Positions 1 to 13,400 of a stretch of 64,000 bases of DNA are shown here, piece by piece. Position 1 is the first letter of the stretch; each line of letters opens with the position of its first letter. Under the pieces are notes generated by a model that was not told where the DNA came from, ran no database searches, and saw nothing but the letters and a program-made list of their open reading frames with translations. Source of the stretch: Adineta vaga (Eukaryota; Animalia; Rotifera); contig CP075495.1 in the NCBI GenBank assembly GCA_021613535.1, positions 11,842,001-11,906,000 of the forward strand. Direction: 5' to 3'. A program made the position numbers and the translations under genes.

Positions 1-2360
1 GTTCATTTGATAGGCCAAGATGGTTTTCACCGGGAATGATATTTTTAAGATTTCTAGCAAAGTCACCACATTTAAAATTGTTAACAGAAGATGAATATGG
101 AAAATTAATGACTGTAATGCCTGTCGCATTGAAAGCATTACGTGGAAATACATTAGATAATCGTGAATTACCGTTAATAAAAGGTAAATTGAAATTTATT
201 AGAAAGATTTTATATATCAGAAAACTAGAAATCAATTAATTACTCTATATTATTCTCTCTTGAAACAGATGTTAGGTTTGTAATTGATCACTTGGATCGA
301 ACTTTCAGTATTGGTAAGAAAGAGATTATCGATATAATATTGTTTGTTTTAATATAACATTTCGAATGAAATATCAAGTTTCAGATGTAAATGAGAATAT
401 GTTGAGATCTACAGAGTTCATGTACTTTACTTGTATAAAAACACTAACAACTGAATCTTGATATTTCTTAAATGTAATTGGTATTGTTTCTATTGATGAT
501 CTGTGACTGGGCTGTGATTATTCTTTCATATTTCCTTACTATTATAATATCATTTCATTCTTTTTCTTTAGCACGTTCAAATAGTGTCTCATCAACATCA
601 GCAATATCTACTCGTCAACGTAATCGATCTAGTACAAGTTCGTCGATTGTCTTGTTTTTTCTTTTATAATTTAATCATCATTGCTTTCTTTGAATCTATC
701 AAGGTGGACATCGACGCATTGATAGTGGTGGTGGTATGAATGAAATATTTCCATTAACATCAATAACTCCTCTTGAACGTATTCAAAATACTATAAAAAA
801 TCGTGAGAATGAACTTGAACAAAAACTTCGTGAACGAAAACAAATTGGTCAAATTTTTGATATTAATAATACAACTACAGCTAGCTCAACATTGGATCCT
901 GGTATATCATTGAAAACACGTAATATTGCTTTTCCATGGCGCCGTGGTACACGTATCGGACAAGGTGGTGCTGGTGTCGCATTTCGTGCCATCAATAGTT
1001 CCAATGGTTCTATTGTTTGTATGAAAGAAATTCAATTATCATCGATCGCATCTCGTTCATTACCAAGTACATATCCAGAAAAATTACGACGTATAGCTGA
1101 AGAAATTGATATGATTATGTCTATAAATCATCCAAATATTGTTCGATATTTTGGTATTGAAAAATATAAGGTAGAAAGGAGATGTTTATTCTTCATTATT
1201 TGTCTGAGAAAGAAAATGATCTTGATGTTATTTAGAGAACAATTTATATTTGTATGGAATATTGCTTATCAACTGTAAATGAATTTTTAAATGATATACG
1301 AGCATTTCAAAATCGTGCTCATAGTCGAAAATCAAATAGTAGTATATGGACAGATTCAAGTGATCAAGATGATGAAATCAATATGGATAATGTTCATATA
1401 GCACCTTCTTTAAATGTTTATGAACTTGTTCGAGGTTTTGTCAAACAACTTTTGCAAGCATTATTAGTTTTACATGAACATTGTATAATTCATTGTGATG
1501 TTAAAGGTGATAATATATTTATTGCAAATGAAAATGGACATTATATTGTGAAATTAGGTGTAAGTTCAATTGAAGATAAAATTAGAAAAGAGTATTGCAA
1601 AAGGTATTTTTGTATATTTAGGATTTTAACTTATCTCATCGATTAGAATTAGAATCACCTTCTGCAGATGCAAGTGATTCTCGAAGTACACAATTTGGAA
1701 CATTATGTAAGATCTATTCATCATTGAACTTTAGAAAAATGTAGTCTTATTTTATAAAAAATGCGAGAGATCAATAACATCAACAATAGAAATTCACTAT
1801 CGAATTTTGAATGTATTTTTCATGACATATCGAGAAGGAAATATTGATTTTTCTATTATACAGTCCCGTTTCATTAGAATAGTATAGTTTAATCTTTTCT
1901 TTCATATTGATTTGATAATTTTACTGTTTCCATAAATTTGCTAGATTTCAAACCACCAGAACCAGAATATGTCTATCAATCTGATATTTGGGCACTTGGT
2001 TGCACAGTTATTGAAATGCTTACCGGCAAAGTAAGGTCCAATGTCTCTTCAATCCAATTCATCAATGATGATAATTTTTTTCAATTTCAGCATCCATGGG
2101 CAAATGTTGTTCGACCGCATGAAGAACGTATTTATATTCAAAATCAATTATTAGCTAAAAAAGGTCCACCTATTCCTGATGAATTGAAAGAACATCATGA
2201 AGCGTATGATTTCATTCAATTATGTTTAACACCAAATCTAAATGAACGACCATTAGCTAAAGCATTACTTGATCATCCATATCCTCGTGTTCGAACAGGT
2301 AAAATTCATTATTAGAAAAAACTTTTTAACTTTCATTTAATTTTCTATTTAGATTCTTAA
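1..2360 (+). CDS. MAP3K4: MAP3K4/MEKK4-like kinase, 3' portion (multi-exon, 5'-truncated by the window)
   Basis: MEKK4-type pre-kinase segments: RPRWFSPGMIFLRFL and ERIQNTIK...ERKQIGQIFD...RNIAFPWRRGTRIGQG. Kinase motifs: GQGGAG, VCMKEI, INHPNIVRYFG, HCDVKGDNI, KLG|DFN, GTLYFKPPE, SDIWALGCTVIEMLTGK. Last micro-exon ag|AT TCT TAA ends at 2360. Confidence 0.8.
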
Positions 2361-2574
2361 TAGTCAAAGTGATCAATGTACATATTATCTTTTCTTTTCT
2401 TTTCTTTCAAACGATATGTATTTAAACTTTCAGTCACATTTAAAAAAAGTTTTACATTTTCTTTTTTTCTGTTTTATAATGAAGATTAGCGATTTATTTA
2501 TTATTCGAGTTTGTCTTAATAAAACAAAACGTAGGAGAACAATACATGCTCAATAAAAAAAAAGATCTCTCTAG

Positions 2575-3516
2575 ATGTATACTCGTATGTTTCATAAGTG
2601 TTTTGTTCGTTATTTTCATAAAAAGACACCTTTACCGGAACTTGATTTTACTAAACCAGTAAGTGATCGTTTAAAAAAAGTCTCTCAAAAACATCAATCA
2701 TATACAAATGATCAATCATTATTAAAAACTTCAGTTCATGGTCAATGTCTATTTGGTTTATATCCCATTGAATTAGCATTAAAATCTGCACGTCGTCAAT
2801 TCTATCAATTATATCTAAGTAAAACTTCACAAGAAAATCGTCCAATTATTGAAAATATTCAACAATTAGCTAAACAATTATCAATACCAATTCAATATAC
2901 AGATACACATACACTTGATCGTTTATCGTTCGATCGACCACATCAAGGTGTTTGTCTTGATTGTTCACCATTACCTATAGAAAATATTGAACAAATAGAA
3001 ATGAAAATTGATTCAAATCGAATCTTTATTGATTTATGTTTAGTTAAAATACATGATCCAATGAATTTAGGTGCCATTCTTCGCACTGCACATTTCTTTG
3101 GTATTGATAGAATTATTTTAACTCGTGGTACATGTCAACCATCGCCCGTTGCAAGTAAAGCAAGTTCAGGTGCAATGGAATTAATGTCGATTTATTCATG
3201 TAATGATTTACAAACCTATTTAAATAATTTCAAGGAACAACAAAATGTTGCATTCATTTGTGGAACACATAAAGGAAATCTTCCATTACGAACTTTACGT
3301 TTAGATGAAATCAAAAATCGTTGTATAGATTCAAATTTACAACGAATTATTGTATTAATTGGTAATGAACATGAAGGTATTCCCGAAGAAATCAGTGAAC
3401 TTTGTCATTATAATGTTTGTATTCGAGCAAATAAGACAAGTGAAATCTCATCACTAAATGCATCTGTTGCATCTGCACTTTTTCTTTACCATATTTCTGC
3501 TCAAATAAATGAATAA
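2575..3516 (+). CDS. MRM1: Mitochondrial rRNA 2'-O-methyltransferase (SpoU/TrmH SPOUT family), intronless
   Basis: LFGLYPIELAL, RPHQGVCL, DPMNLGAILRTAHFFG, KASSGAME, IGNEHEG and SSLNASVA motifs. Basic N-terminus resembles a mitochondrial presequence. Confidence 0.9.
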   Translation: MYTRMFHKCFVRYFHKKTPLPELDFTKPVSDRLKKVSQKHQSYTNDQSLLKTSVHGQCLFGLYPIELALKSARRQFYQLYLSKTSQENRPIIENIQQLAKQLSIPIQYTDTHTLDRLSFDRPHQGVCLDCSPLPIENIEQIEMKIDSNRIFIDLCLVKIHDPMNLGAILRTAHFFGIDRIILTRGTCQPSPVASKASSGAMELMSIYSCNDLQTYLNNFKEQQNVAFICGTHKGNLPLRTLRLDEIKNRCIDSNLQRIIVLIGNEHEGIPEEISELCHYNVCIRANKTSEISSLNASVASALFLYHISAQINE

Positions 3517-3580
3517 AATAGATATCGATTTGATTTTCTTCTTGATAAAAGAATCCATATCCAATCGTCAACCTCTACTG

Positions 3581-3700
3581 ATGTTTCAGTGTCGTCAATG
3601 TTCTTATTCGTGTCAAATCTTTAAAAATATTTTCACCATTTATGCTTATGCATGAAAGCACATCCTGTCGACGTGAAGTTCATACGCCTACAAGATAAAA
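3581..3700 (+). pseudogene. Possible frameshifted zinc-finger fragment
   Basis: Reads MFQCRQCSYSCQIFKNIF, then HHLCLC after one added T in the run at about 3630, giving C-x2-C-x12-H spacing. No full gene could be built. Confidence 0.25.
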
Positions 3701-6700
3701 CTTTTAGTTCATTTAGTTATAATTCAGCATACTATTTTATTCAAGAATTTTATAAAAATAACCTTCTTTTTTTATCTTAATATAGGTAATAAGGTCTATT
3801 TTTCATCATCGCATGTTAGTATGAATAATTTCAGTGTATTATACAGGAAAAGAAAGTATTTAATTAGATTTTTCTGTGGTTTATAATTAGTTTATCTGAT
3901 CGTCCACACGGCATATTCTGCATACATAAATATTGATTGAAAACGACAAATGCTAGTAATAGAAATTTTCGTATATAGTTGAATTATTTGATAAATTCAA
4001 AGAAATAATTAATAATGCTAAGATATTTATATTCTTTTATACAAAGAAAAAGTTAAAATTATAATAGGTATCATGAAAATTTTCCGATCTTTTCTCTCGT
4101 ATATTGAAAAGTATTTATTTATAGGCATTTGAACTGAATACGTTCAATATAATTAATATTCATTTTCCAGAAGTAATTAAAATTAAGTAATACTGACATT
4201 GATAAAAGTAATAAAAAGTAGATTAAATATTGTCCGTACATATTAATATCAATTCGAACGAATTATATTCGACGTATCTTAGTGATGAAATTTATTGTAA
4301 AAATGTCCTTTTATTTAAACTTATATGTTCTCAGAATATCAAAATGTCAAGTAAATAGGAAAATTGATGTAAATGATCTAAATCGTTTTGTGAGACATTA
4401 AGACTGATTTTGTAGAGAAGAGAAAAATAACGATGTACTCTTATTAAAAGGTTTATACCATTTCAATTGTCATGGAATGTTTTATCATTAATGATTTTTG
4501 GCCTTTTCAGTCGTAGACATATTACTCTAGTATCGTTGACATTTCCTTTTTCCGTTTTCTTTTCACTACATCTATAGATGATTTCTACATAGGCGAAAAT
4601 ATGCTTTATCGAATGTTTCTTTGCCGTAAATAATCCTTTTTAACTTACCTTTCAACGTACTATTCAAACGTTTGCAATTATTTCCAAGGAAAATGTCTCA
4701 TAGCAATATTGTCATTATTCTTCGTTGAAAATCATAAATGAAAGTAAGTAGAATATTTACATTAGATGAATAATATCTGGTCACGATTTTTATTAGTTTA
4801 TTAATCATTGAAATAAATAGTTCTTTATTTGTCTTCGATTTATTTTAGAAGTAGAAAAAAATAAATAAAGTTTATTATTAAAAATGAATGTTTCTCCCCG
4901 AAGAAATCAACAGTATGATAATGAGATGCATATAGTTTCTCCAGTGTTTTTAGTGAGAATAATTACAAATCAAGTAAACAAGTTCTTAGAAATGTTCCTT
5001 AGAATAAACTGGAACTCTAAACTAACATTCAAGAATTTATTTACATAATAGAATCTTGTAAAAACAAAACATATGACATTTCTAATTCATACTATATACG
5101 CAATCATGGGGGCATTTTTTTGTTAGTTAGAATGAAATAGTCTATTAAATATGTTTATATATGCATTGAAAAAACTAACGTGATTAAGTAAGCAAAAATT
5201 TCTTATTTTAATGTTCTATTCAATTATATATATATAATAATTAGAAGAATCTCATACTTTATTTGATACTCGACGATATGTTTAAGTATGAATAGAATTC
5301 TTCGTGTTAAAAAATAATTTGAAATTTTATTTTCATTTGGATAAGAACTGTTTATTATCAATTAAGAAACAAACAAATAGAACTGATAAAGCTATTTATC
5401 TCTGATCAGACAAGTAACAGATCATTTCATGGAGAAATCATGTTTGTTATTGAATATTTTTGCTTATATCATTAAAAGAATCAGACGACATGAGTTAGCT
5501 ATTATATTAAGCATCATTTAACTGTTTATGTTCTATTATCACGGATAGCTAATAAGCAGAATAAGTATTTTGAGTAAAGAAAGAGATTAAAGAAAACCAA
5601 TTAGGATTAGTAGCTTTGTTTAATCAGATCGAACTGCCAATAAACATAAGAAACGACAGACAGTATTACAATCTATTTATATTCATAATTAAAAAGTAAA
5701 ATTTTTTCAAACGATTGTTACTTTTGTTTTCTCTACGTTTATTACATCGTAAATAGAAATACGTATGTTATTATTTTTATATATTGCTGTTTGCTAGTGT
5801 TCCTTTAAAAACAAAATTATATATGAAGTGTGTTTTCTTTCTTTCTTGAAAATAGAAAAGAAAGGAAAGGTTAAATCGACTAAAGACAATAGAGAAGAAA
5901 ATCCGGTGACACACGGCAAACTCGTTTGTCAGTCTTGCTATGTTTTGTGCATGTAGATCTTCTGAAATGAAATTGCTTTTTTCGTATCAAATTTATTATG
6001 ATTGATTATTGTAGCGTCTGATGATTACGAAGACGAAGAAAAAGGCTTTCTTTTCTCTTTATTTCCGAACTAAGAAACATTCTTTTAGCTTCTTTTCTCC
6101 TTTAATAAAAATATATTTAGCACGTTCTAACTTTCGTTAGTAAATAAGAATAGAATGTCAAAGAATATCTCATTATTTTCTCTTTTTCTCTCCATCACTC
6201 AAATACATATATTCCGAATAACAATTCATCATTGTCGAAAGACTATTAGCGTTAGATATATAGATTTGTATACTTCATATGCTCGTCTCAAGCCCAAAAG
6301 CCTCTTTTTAGATATTCTTCTTGATAGAGTGAGTGACGTCGAGAATTTCTAATATATGAACATCTTTATTCTTCTAGAAGATAAAACTATTAGTCGCTTC
6401 GATGAAATAGTTAATGTCTTTAGAGAAAACTTTGTCGGTATGTGCTAATTTAGTTTTCACGACTAACGACGTGTCGATTGACATTACCCAATACATTATG
6501 ACATTATTACTTTTGTATTTCAATCGAGCATCGATTAATTTCGTGTAGCATGTTTTACATTTTATTAATTTCTATAGTTAGAACAGCATCAATCTATGTT
6601 ATTTTTTTTTTCGATAAAAGATAAAGAACTTCTTCTCATCTTTAAAATGTTTCATTTCAGAGTCTTCATCAGTACAGAAAATGAATAATTATTATGGAAA

Positions 6701-7705
6701 TCAGCAGAATCATGAGATAATCATGTACCTAACAGATTTAGCAACGACAAAAAGCAGAATAGAAAGCCTTTATGTCTATACATCAATGAGACTCGAAAAG
6801 CACTCGCTTAATGACATTAGAGTCATTTCTATGATAAAAGAGCAAATTGATGAATTAGAAGAACATACTGCGATAAGTTAATCGAAACCGGATGATTGAA
6901 TAGTTTATCAGTGATGTTTTTTTTTCTTACTGAATCGTATATACCTTCTGTCTATTATTAAGCTTTTATAAGTCATACCCGATTAGTATACATGCAGCTG
7001 CAAGATGCTCGTCATTTATTATCAATCATATTTCCTTTTATGTTCTTTCTTTTTTTTTACGTTATCGTTGATATTCGATTTCTATCTTCCTTCCTTCTGT
7101 ATGGCATTCAAATTAGAATCGAATCGAAGTATAAATAACAACTCATAGATGATAACATATTTTTTTTAGTTTCTAATCAGTTAGAAACGTGCATTTATAA
7201 ACGTCAGCTGTCATTAGTATCTAGTTTTATTTTGTTTCTCATTTATTGACAACTAATAATTCAACATCAGTGTTGTCATTTAATAACAAATAAGTCTGTT
7301 TTTTGTTTTCTCAAAAATTATAAACGAATGATAATTATATAGACATCGTTTGAACTTCTCTTCTCTTCTGTTAGTATTCATTATCAATGACAGAAATTAT
7401 ATGGAACCTGGTAATAAGATTTGCTAACCGATTCTAGTTTTCTTTGAAGCTTTTCTCGGATAAAAATAAAATTTAAATGAACAAACTATATTAAGATTGT
7501 CTGTTTGTATACTTAGTTTGTCAAATAATTTTAACTAAACTAATTTATTTAGTCTTATCTCTATTCTTTATAATGAGATGAAATATGACACAAATGAGCA
7601 TAACTATAATTATATTTATATCGTTGTTATATGTGTGTTTTTTTCTCTAGATTTTCTTATTATTTTCATCGATTAAGTTTTTCACTTTGTTCAATTGACA
7701 AATCG

Positions 7706-9337
7706 ATGGCATTTGATTTAGTAAATAATACTGATTGTATAAATGATGATCAATCAACACGATTATTTCCGCCAGTTAAATTACGATTTTCACCAACTAC
7801 AACAATATTAGTCTATGCGGCGTATCTATTACCATTTTGTTTCGGTGTATTTGGAAATATTAGTGTTTGTTTAATATTTTTTCAACAGAAAAAATTACGT
7901 TCAATTACGAATACATTCTTAATGAATCTTTGTAAGTTTAGTGATAGTAAATGTCAATTTTTTTGAAATTATTTTTGAAATATTTCAGGTTTAAATGATT
8001 TAATTGTTCTTTGCGTATCAACTCCTATGACATTATCATCTGCTTTACTTGAATATTGGATATTTGGTGGATTTCTTTGTAAATTTCTTAATTTTACTCC
8101 AACATTAACAGCTTTAGTATCAACATTTACTGTTGCTGTTATTGCTGTTGAGCGTTGGTTATTCATTGTTAATAAAAAGAAATTTGATCGACGTTGTACA
8201 ATTCTCATCCTAATTTTACTATGGATTGTATCAATTGCAATTGCTATTCCCGACTTTATTTCTCGAAGTATACTTGCATTTGATGCTCCACCGGAATCAT
8301 TTCCAATAATGTCAAAGAATTCATCAGAAATAGCTTCATTCAGACTACCATGTCATCCAAAAAAAGTTTATTATTGCGTATTAAAACCTGATTTACGTAC
8401 ACGAATATTTTCTTATATTGTTATTACTGTACAATATTTGGTGCCATTCTTATTTGTATCAATTAGTTGTTATTCAATTAGTCGATTTCTTAAACGACGA
8501 ATGAAACAAATGCGTGTATATCAAACTCCTCGTTCAACAAATACTTCTGACAATATGAATAATAAGAATAATAGACGAAAGAAACATTCTCAACGTCAAA
8601 CATCAGAAGAAATAGTTGAACATGAATCTACTAGTTGTGATGAAATACCTGTCACAATCGTTACTAATGATCATAAATCGAATAATTTATTAACACGTTT
8701 TCGTCATAAATTTCAAACTCGTGATAATTATCAAGATTCTATTATTATAGACAATCAAAATTCTCGTTCATCTTCTTTTGCCGGAACAATACTTATGCCA
8801 AATGTTAAAAGTCAATCACACAGTGAAAGACGTTTTCGTCGGAGCAAGAAATTACTCATTTGTGTTGCGGCTCTTTTTACTATTTCATGGTTACCATTAA
8901 CTATTATACAAATCTATTTAGAGCATATCGGTCAAGCTGAAAATGAAGAATCTGTCACCGTTTATGCTTATTTAATACCTGCTTATTTAATTTCATCACT
9001 ATCAGCTTGGATGAATCCTGTTATATATAATTATATCAATCGTAGTTTCCGTCGAGAATTTTACGCGCTTTATCCTTGTTGTTGCAAAATGAGATGCTCG
9101 TCATCATCAGCAGCAGCATCAACAACAACAACATTTTTACCAACTGGTACATCTCGAGCAGAGTTATCATCGGTTATACCAAGTAGATTAGAAAGACAAC
9201 AATTGAAAGATATCGATGACGAAACTAGCGTCATAGAACCATATAGAACAAGTAAATTAAGTACGCGTTTTGTAACTTTTGCCGATGTAGACAACAAAAC
9301 AAGATCATCTTTGATGATGATTAATGAACATAATTGA
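7706..9337 (+). CDS. Class A neuropeptide GPCR, NPY/NPF receptor-like (exons 7706-7931 and 7990-9337)
   Basis: Seven TM segments: GVFGN (TM1), LRSITNTFLMNLCLNDL (TM2), WIFGGFLCK, VIAVERW (DRY position), QYLVP (TM5), FTISWLP (TM6), NPVIYNYINRSFRREF (TM7/H8), then a CCC palmitoylation-type site. Confidence 0.85.
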
Positions 9338-10458
9338 TTATTTTTTTATGTGAAAATATTGTACTAATAAAAGTCAAAGTATTTTTTAAGATAGCATAGT
9401 TAATAAACAAATGAATGAACATATCGATATTATTAATAAAGGAAATCAAATGTGATTTTTAAGTGAAGTTGTCAATTATAAGTTCCTGGGCGTATGAAAT
9501 GCAACAAGTTTTATTGAAGCTTTTTTCAAATAATTTAATAATCAAAATATTAAAAATAGCATAAGTCGTTAAGTGCATTGTTGAATTAGTATGATAAACA
9601 CATTCTTTTCTTATAAAATTTTGTAGACAAAGCACAGGTAGGTGGTGGATATAAAAGTTTCTAGATTCATTCTTATATTAGTATCTATCAGCATTTCGTT
9701 ATTTAAATAGATAACCTTCTAAATCTATTCTAGCGAACTAAATACAAAGTTTGGATGAGTACCACACATATTCTAAACATTGACTCCAACCATCATCTTC
9801 AAAAAACGAAATTTTAATAAAGTTGTGACAGTATAGTATTACACATCATCTGTAATAAGTTGCGAAAAAAATCTCAGGATTTCGAAATTACCATTATCAA
9901 AATATTTCCTTAAATCAACTGACATATACAGGAAATCAATTATACATTAGATTATAGCGACATCAATGTCAACTGAGAGTTAGTTTTATCTTCCTTATTT
10001 TTCTAATCTTATGAAATTCGAATTTAACACTTTGATTATCTATACGGAAAAAATATTTCTCTGCGAGGTCTAGAATATATCATAATTATTCATTTTCTTT
10101 GGTTCTAATAGTGAAAATATTCGTCCAATCATATGCATCTATCATGATCCATAGTTTATCCACATATAGATAAAATGCGCACCTGATGTAAATGCCTACG
10201 CTTATAGTAAATAAACAAAATCAAAACTAAAGAAGTTAATCTCACGTGTTCGTATCTCTCTACTGTTCTCTGCCAATGTCTGACGACGATCAGTTTTATA
10301 TATTAGAATTGCGTAAAAAATGAAGAATTTCGTAATATTCTAACGTCATTTCCTTTTCTAATCAAAAATTTTCAAATCAGAACTCTTCTTTCTTTTCTTA
10401 CATTGTTTCATTTTCTCTGTTCTTTTGTTCTTAGAATAAAACTAGAATTCGAGGCATT

Positions 10459-13400
10459 ATGCCAAACGAAACAGCTACATCAAATATAACCAGCTGTTCA
10501 GCTTGGCAACAATCTTCAACAACAAATTCCAATAATACTTCTACAGATACACCATTAGACACTGCTCTTTTACCAGTAAGAAAGAATTGAAGAGAAAAAA
10601 AAATTATTTCATTATTATAATTATGATGTTTTCTTTCGTTCAATAGCCGAAAGATTGGCCAAGTCTTGCTGAAGCAACTGTAGAATCAACGGTGGCAACT
10701 AATGAACAGACTGTATCGAATGAAAATGGAACAGGAACATCTCAACCGAATACACCTCGAACACGGAAAAAGAAGGGTAAACAAAAATGGTTACCACTTC
10801 CATTAGAACAGCAAGAAGACAATGATGAAAATGGAACATCAACTACAATCAATGCTCAAAACGGTGCTACTCGTCAAGCAACATCGACAAAAACAGCAAC
10901 ATCAAAAGGAAGTCGGGGTAATCGAAGTTCACGTGGAGGACGTGGGGGTAGTCGAAATCGTGCACGTAGTCTTGATGGTGCTGCACCAAAGAAAAGTCGA
11001 AAAAATCGTGCTGCTGCTGCTGCAGCAACAGCGGCAGCTGCGGCTGCCTATCAACAAACCTATGATGCATATCAGGATTATTATTCATATTATTGTATGT
11101 AAAACGTTTTCAATTTAAAATGAAGGGAATTGAAAAAAAATCTTGTTCGATTTCTTTAGATTATGAATCAGCAGAACAAAGTGGTGTTAATGGAGCTCCA
11201 TGGCATGTTGATAAGCATGGTAAACGAAAAAAGAAAACTGAAGGACCTCTAGGAATGGATCCAAATGCAGAAGTTCAAGGTAAAATAGATAAATAATCAA
11301 TTTTCTTGTCAATTCGATCAGTTAAATAAAATATCTTTCTTTCTTTCTTATCGGTTTAGATATAACCGGCGCTAATAATTCTCATGAATCAGCTATTAAA
11401 CGTGATGTGCATAATTTTATTTTCGATGATGAAGCTGTTGTAGTGGATGACTGTTCTTTTGTACTGCCATATATAGAAGGTGCTTATTATTATCAATCGA
11501 CAACACCACCACCAGCTACTGATATACCTTTAACTAATAATGATGGTACTACTGATGAATATACAATTCCACTAGTACCTGCTTATACTGAGCAACAATT
11601 AAAAGAACTTCTTCGACGTCAAGTGTAAATAATATTAGAAAACTGATCGATGAATTCTAAATTTTCTTCTCTATTTCTAGTGAATATTATTTTAGTAACG
11701 AAAATCTTGAAGCAGATATTTTTCTTCGCCAACAAATGACTAAAGATGGTTATGTTCCGTTATCATTGATTGCAAGTTTTAATCGAGTCCAAACATTATG
11801 TGATGATATTAATTTTATAGCTGAAGTATGTTTGTTTAATAAACGTTTTTATTGATTTTTATATTAAAAAAAAACAACTTTTCTTTTCAGGCTGTAAAAG
11901 ATAGTCTTATTGTTGAATTGAATGATAAATGTATGGTACGTTGTCGAACTGAATCAACACGATGGCCACTTATTATGGATGTTAGTAATCATTTAACAGC
12001 ACTTAATCCAGATGTACCTGATTTTCAACCCGGTAAAATATGGAAGAATGAGAATGAAAGTGAGTAAATTGTGCGAAGAAAAACGATATTATTTTATTGT
12101 AATCTATTTTCTTTGAAAATAGACAGTAGAATGCTGAATGGATTAGATGATGAATCACATATGTTAGAGAAGGGAAGATCAACAGCGAATGAAGTTGATT
12201 GGAGTCATGTACCAACGAAACGAAAAAAACCAATTAAAAGAAAGGTTTGATCATAAAAAAACGTTTTTTTTGACTAATAATCATAATCAAATAATATTTT
12301 TATTCAGGAGAAAAAAGATCAACAACAACAACAACAACAACAACAATCTCAAACAAGTCCACAGCAACAACAACAACAACAACAAAATACTCATTCGGAT
12401 AATCGTGAAGAATTAGACTTCAAATTTGATGAAGAATTACCTAGTACACAAACAAATAATAATACAAACAATACATTATCATCTTATCTTCCATCATCAT
12501 TTTTTCCACAGAACCGACAAAATCGACATCGTACAACATCGTTAACGCTCGATTTAAATGACGAAGCAGAAAAAGATGAGTCTGATTTTGAATTAGATGA
12601 TGATGATATTGATAAGATTCTTATTATTACACCAACACCACCATCGAATCGTAAACAACATCCAAAAAATCATGATCGTACTGGTGAATATACACCACGA
12701 GCACGCATGACTGCAGAAATAGCAAAAATCATTGACGATGGTCTAAGATGGTATGAAGAAGAATTATGGCACGATCGACCAACTGCAACAACAACAAGTG
12801 CAGTACGTTTACATTCAGCAGTTTTCTAATAGAGATTTCGAATTTTTGTTTTCTAGAATGATAAAACAGTGAAATTAATTAGTCAAGAAGAAATGGATGT
12901 AGTACGTAAAGCATCAAGTCAATCTCAATCAACGAGTGAAAGAAAAATCAGTGCCAGTGATGAAGATGATGATGATGAAAATAATCAAATCTCTCGAGCA
13001 CAAGACGATAAAGGTAATTCTATATTGTGCTTATTTAGATGAAAACTATCGTAACCTTTTTTGTTTTTCTAGAAAATAAGCAATCAACCACGACGACAAA
13101 TGAAAAACTACTTCGTAGTCCTGCTATTAGTATTGTTCGTTCCACTAATCGTGCACCACCACAAGTTGAACCATTTTATCGTCCAAAACATCTTCCAGTT
13201 TCAAATCAACAGCAACAACAACAACAACAACACAATTTATTAGAACCATTAACGAATGATTTTATATCACATTCATTACCTAATAATACAAATACCGATG
13301 TTTCAATAGCTACTAAACCAGTAACAACAGCTACAATTGATAAAAAACAACGTTCGCAAGCATCGAACGATTACCCAGAAGAACCACGAACACCACATTC

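Noticed and set aside
9470-9950. Possible decayed coding or transposon sequence on the minus strand (e.g. SFFEDDGWSQCLEYVW)
   Set aside because: Multiple stops, no recognisable domain, and no terminal repeats found.
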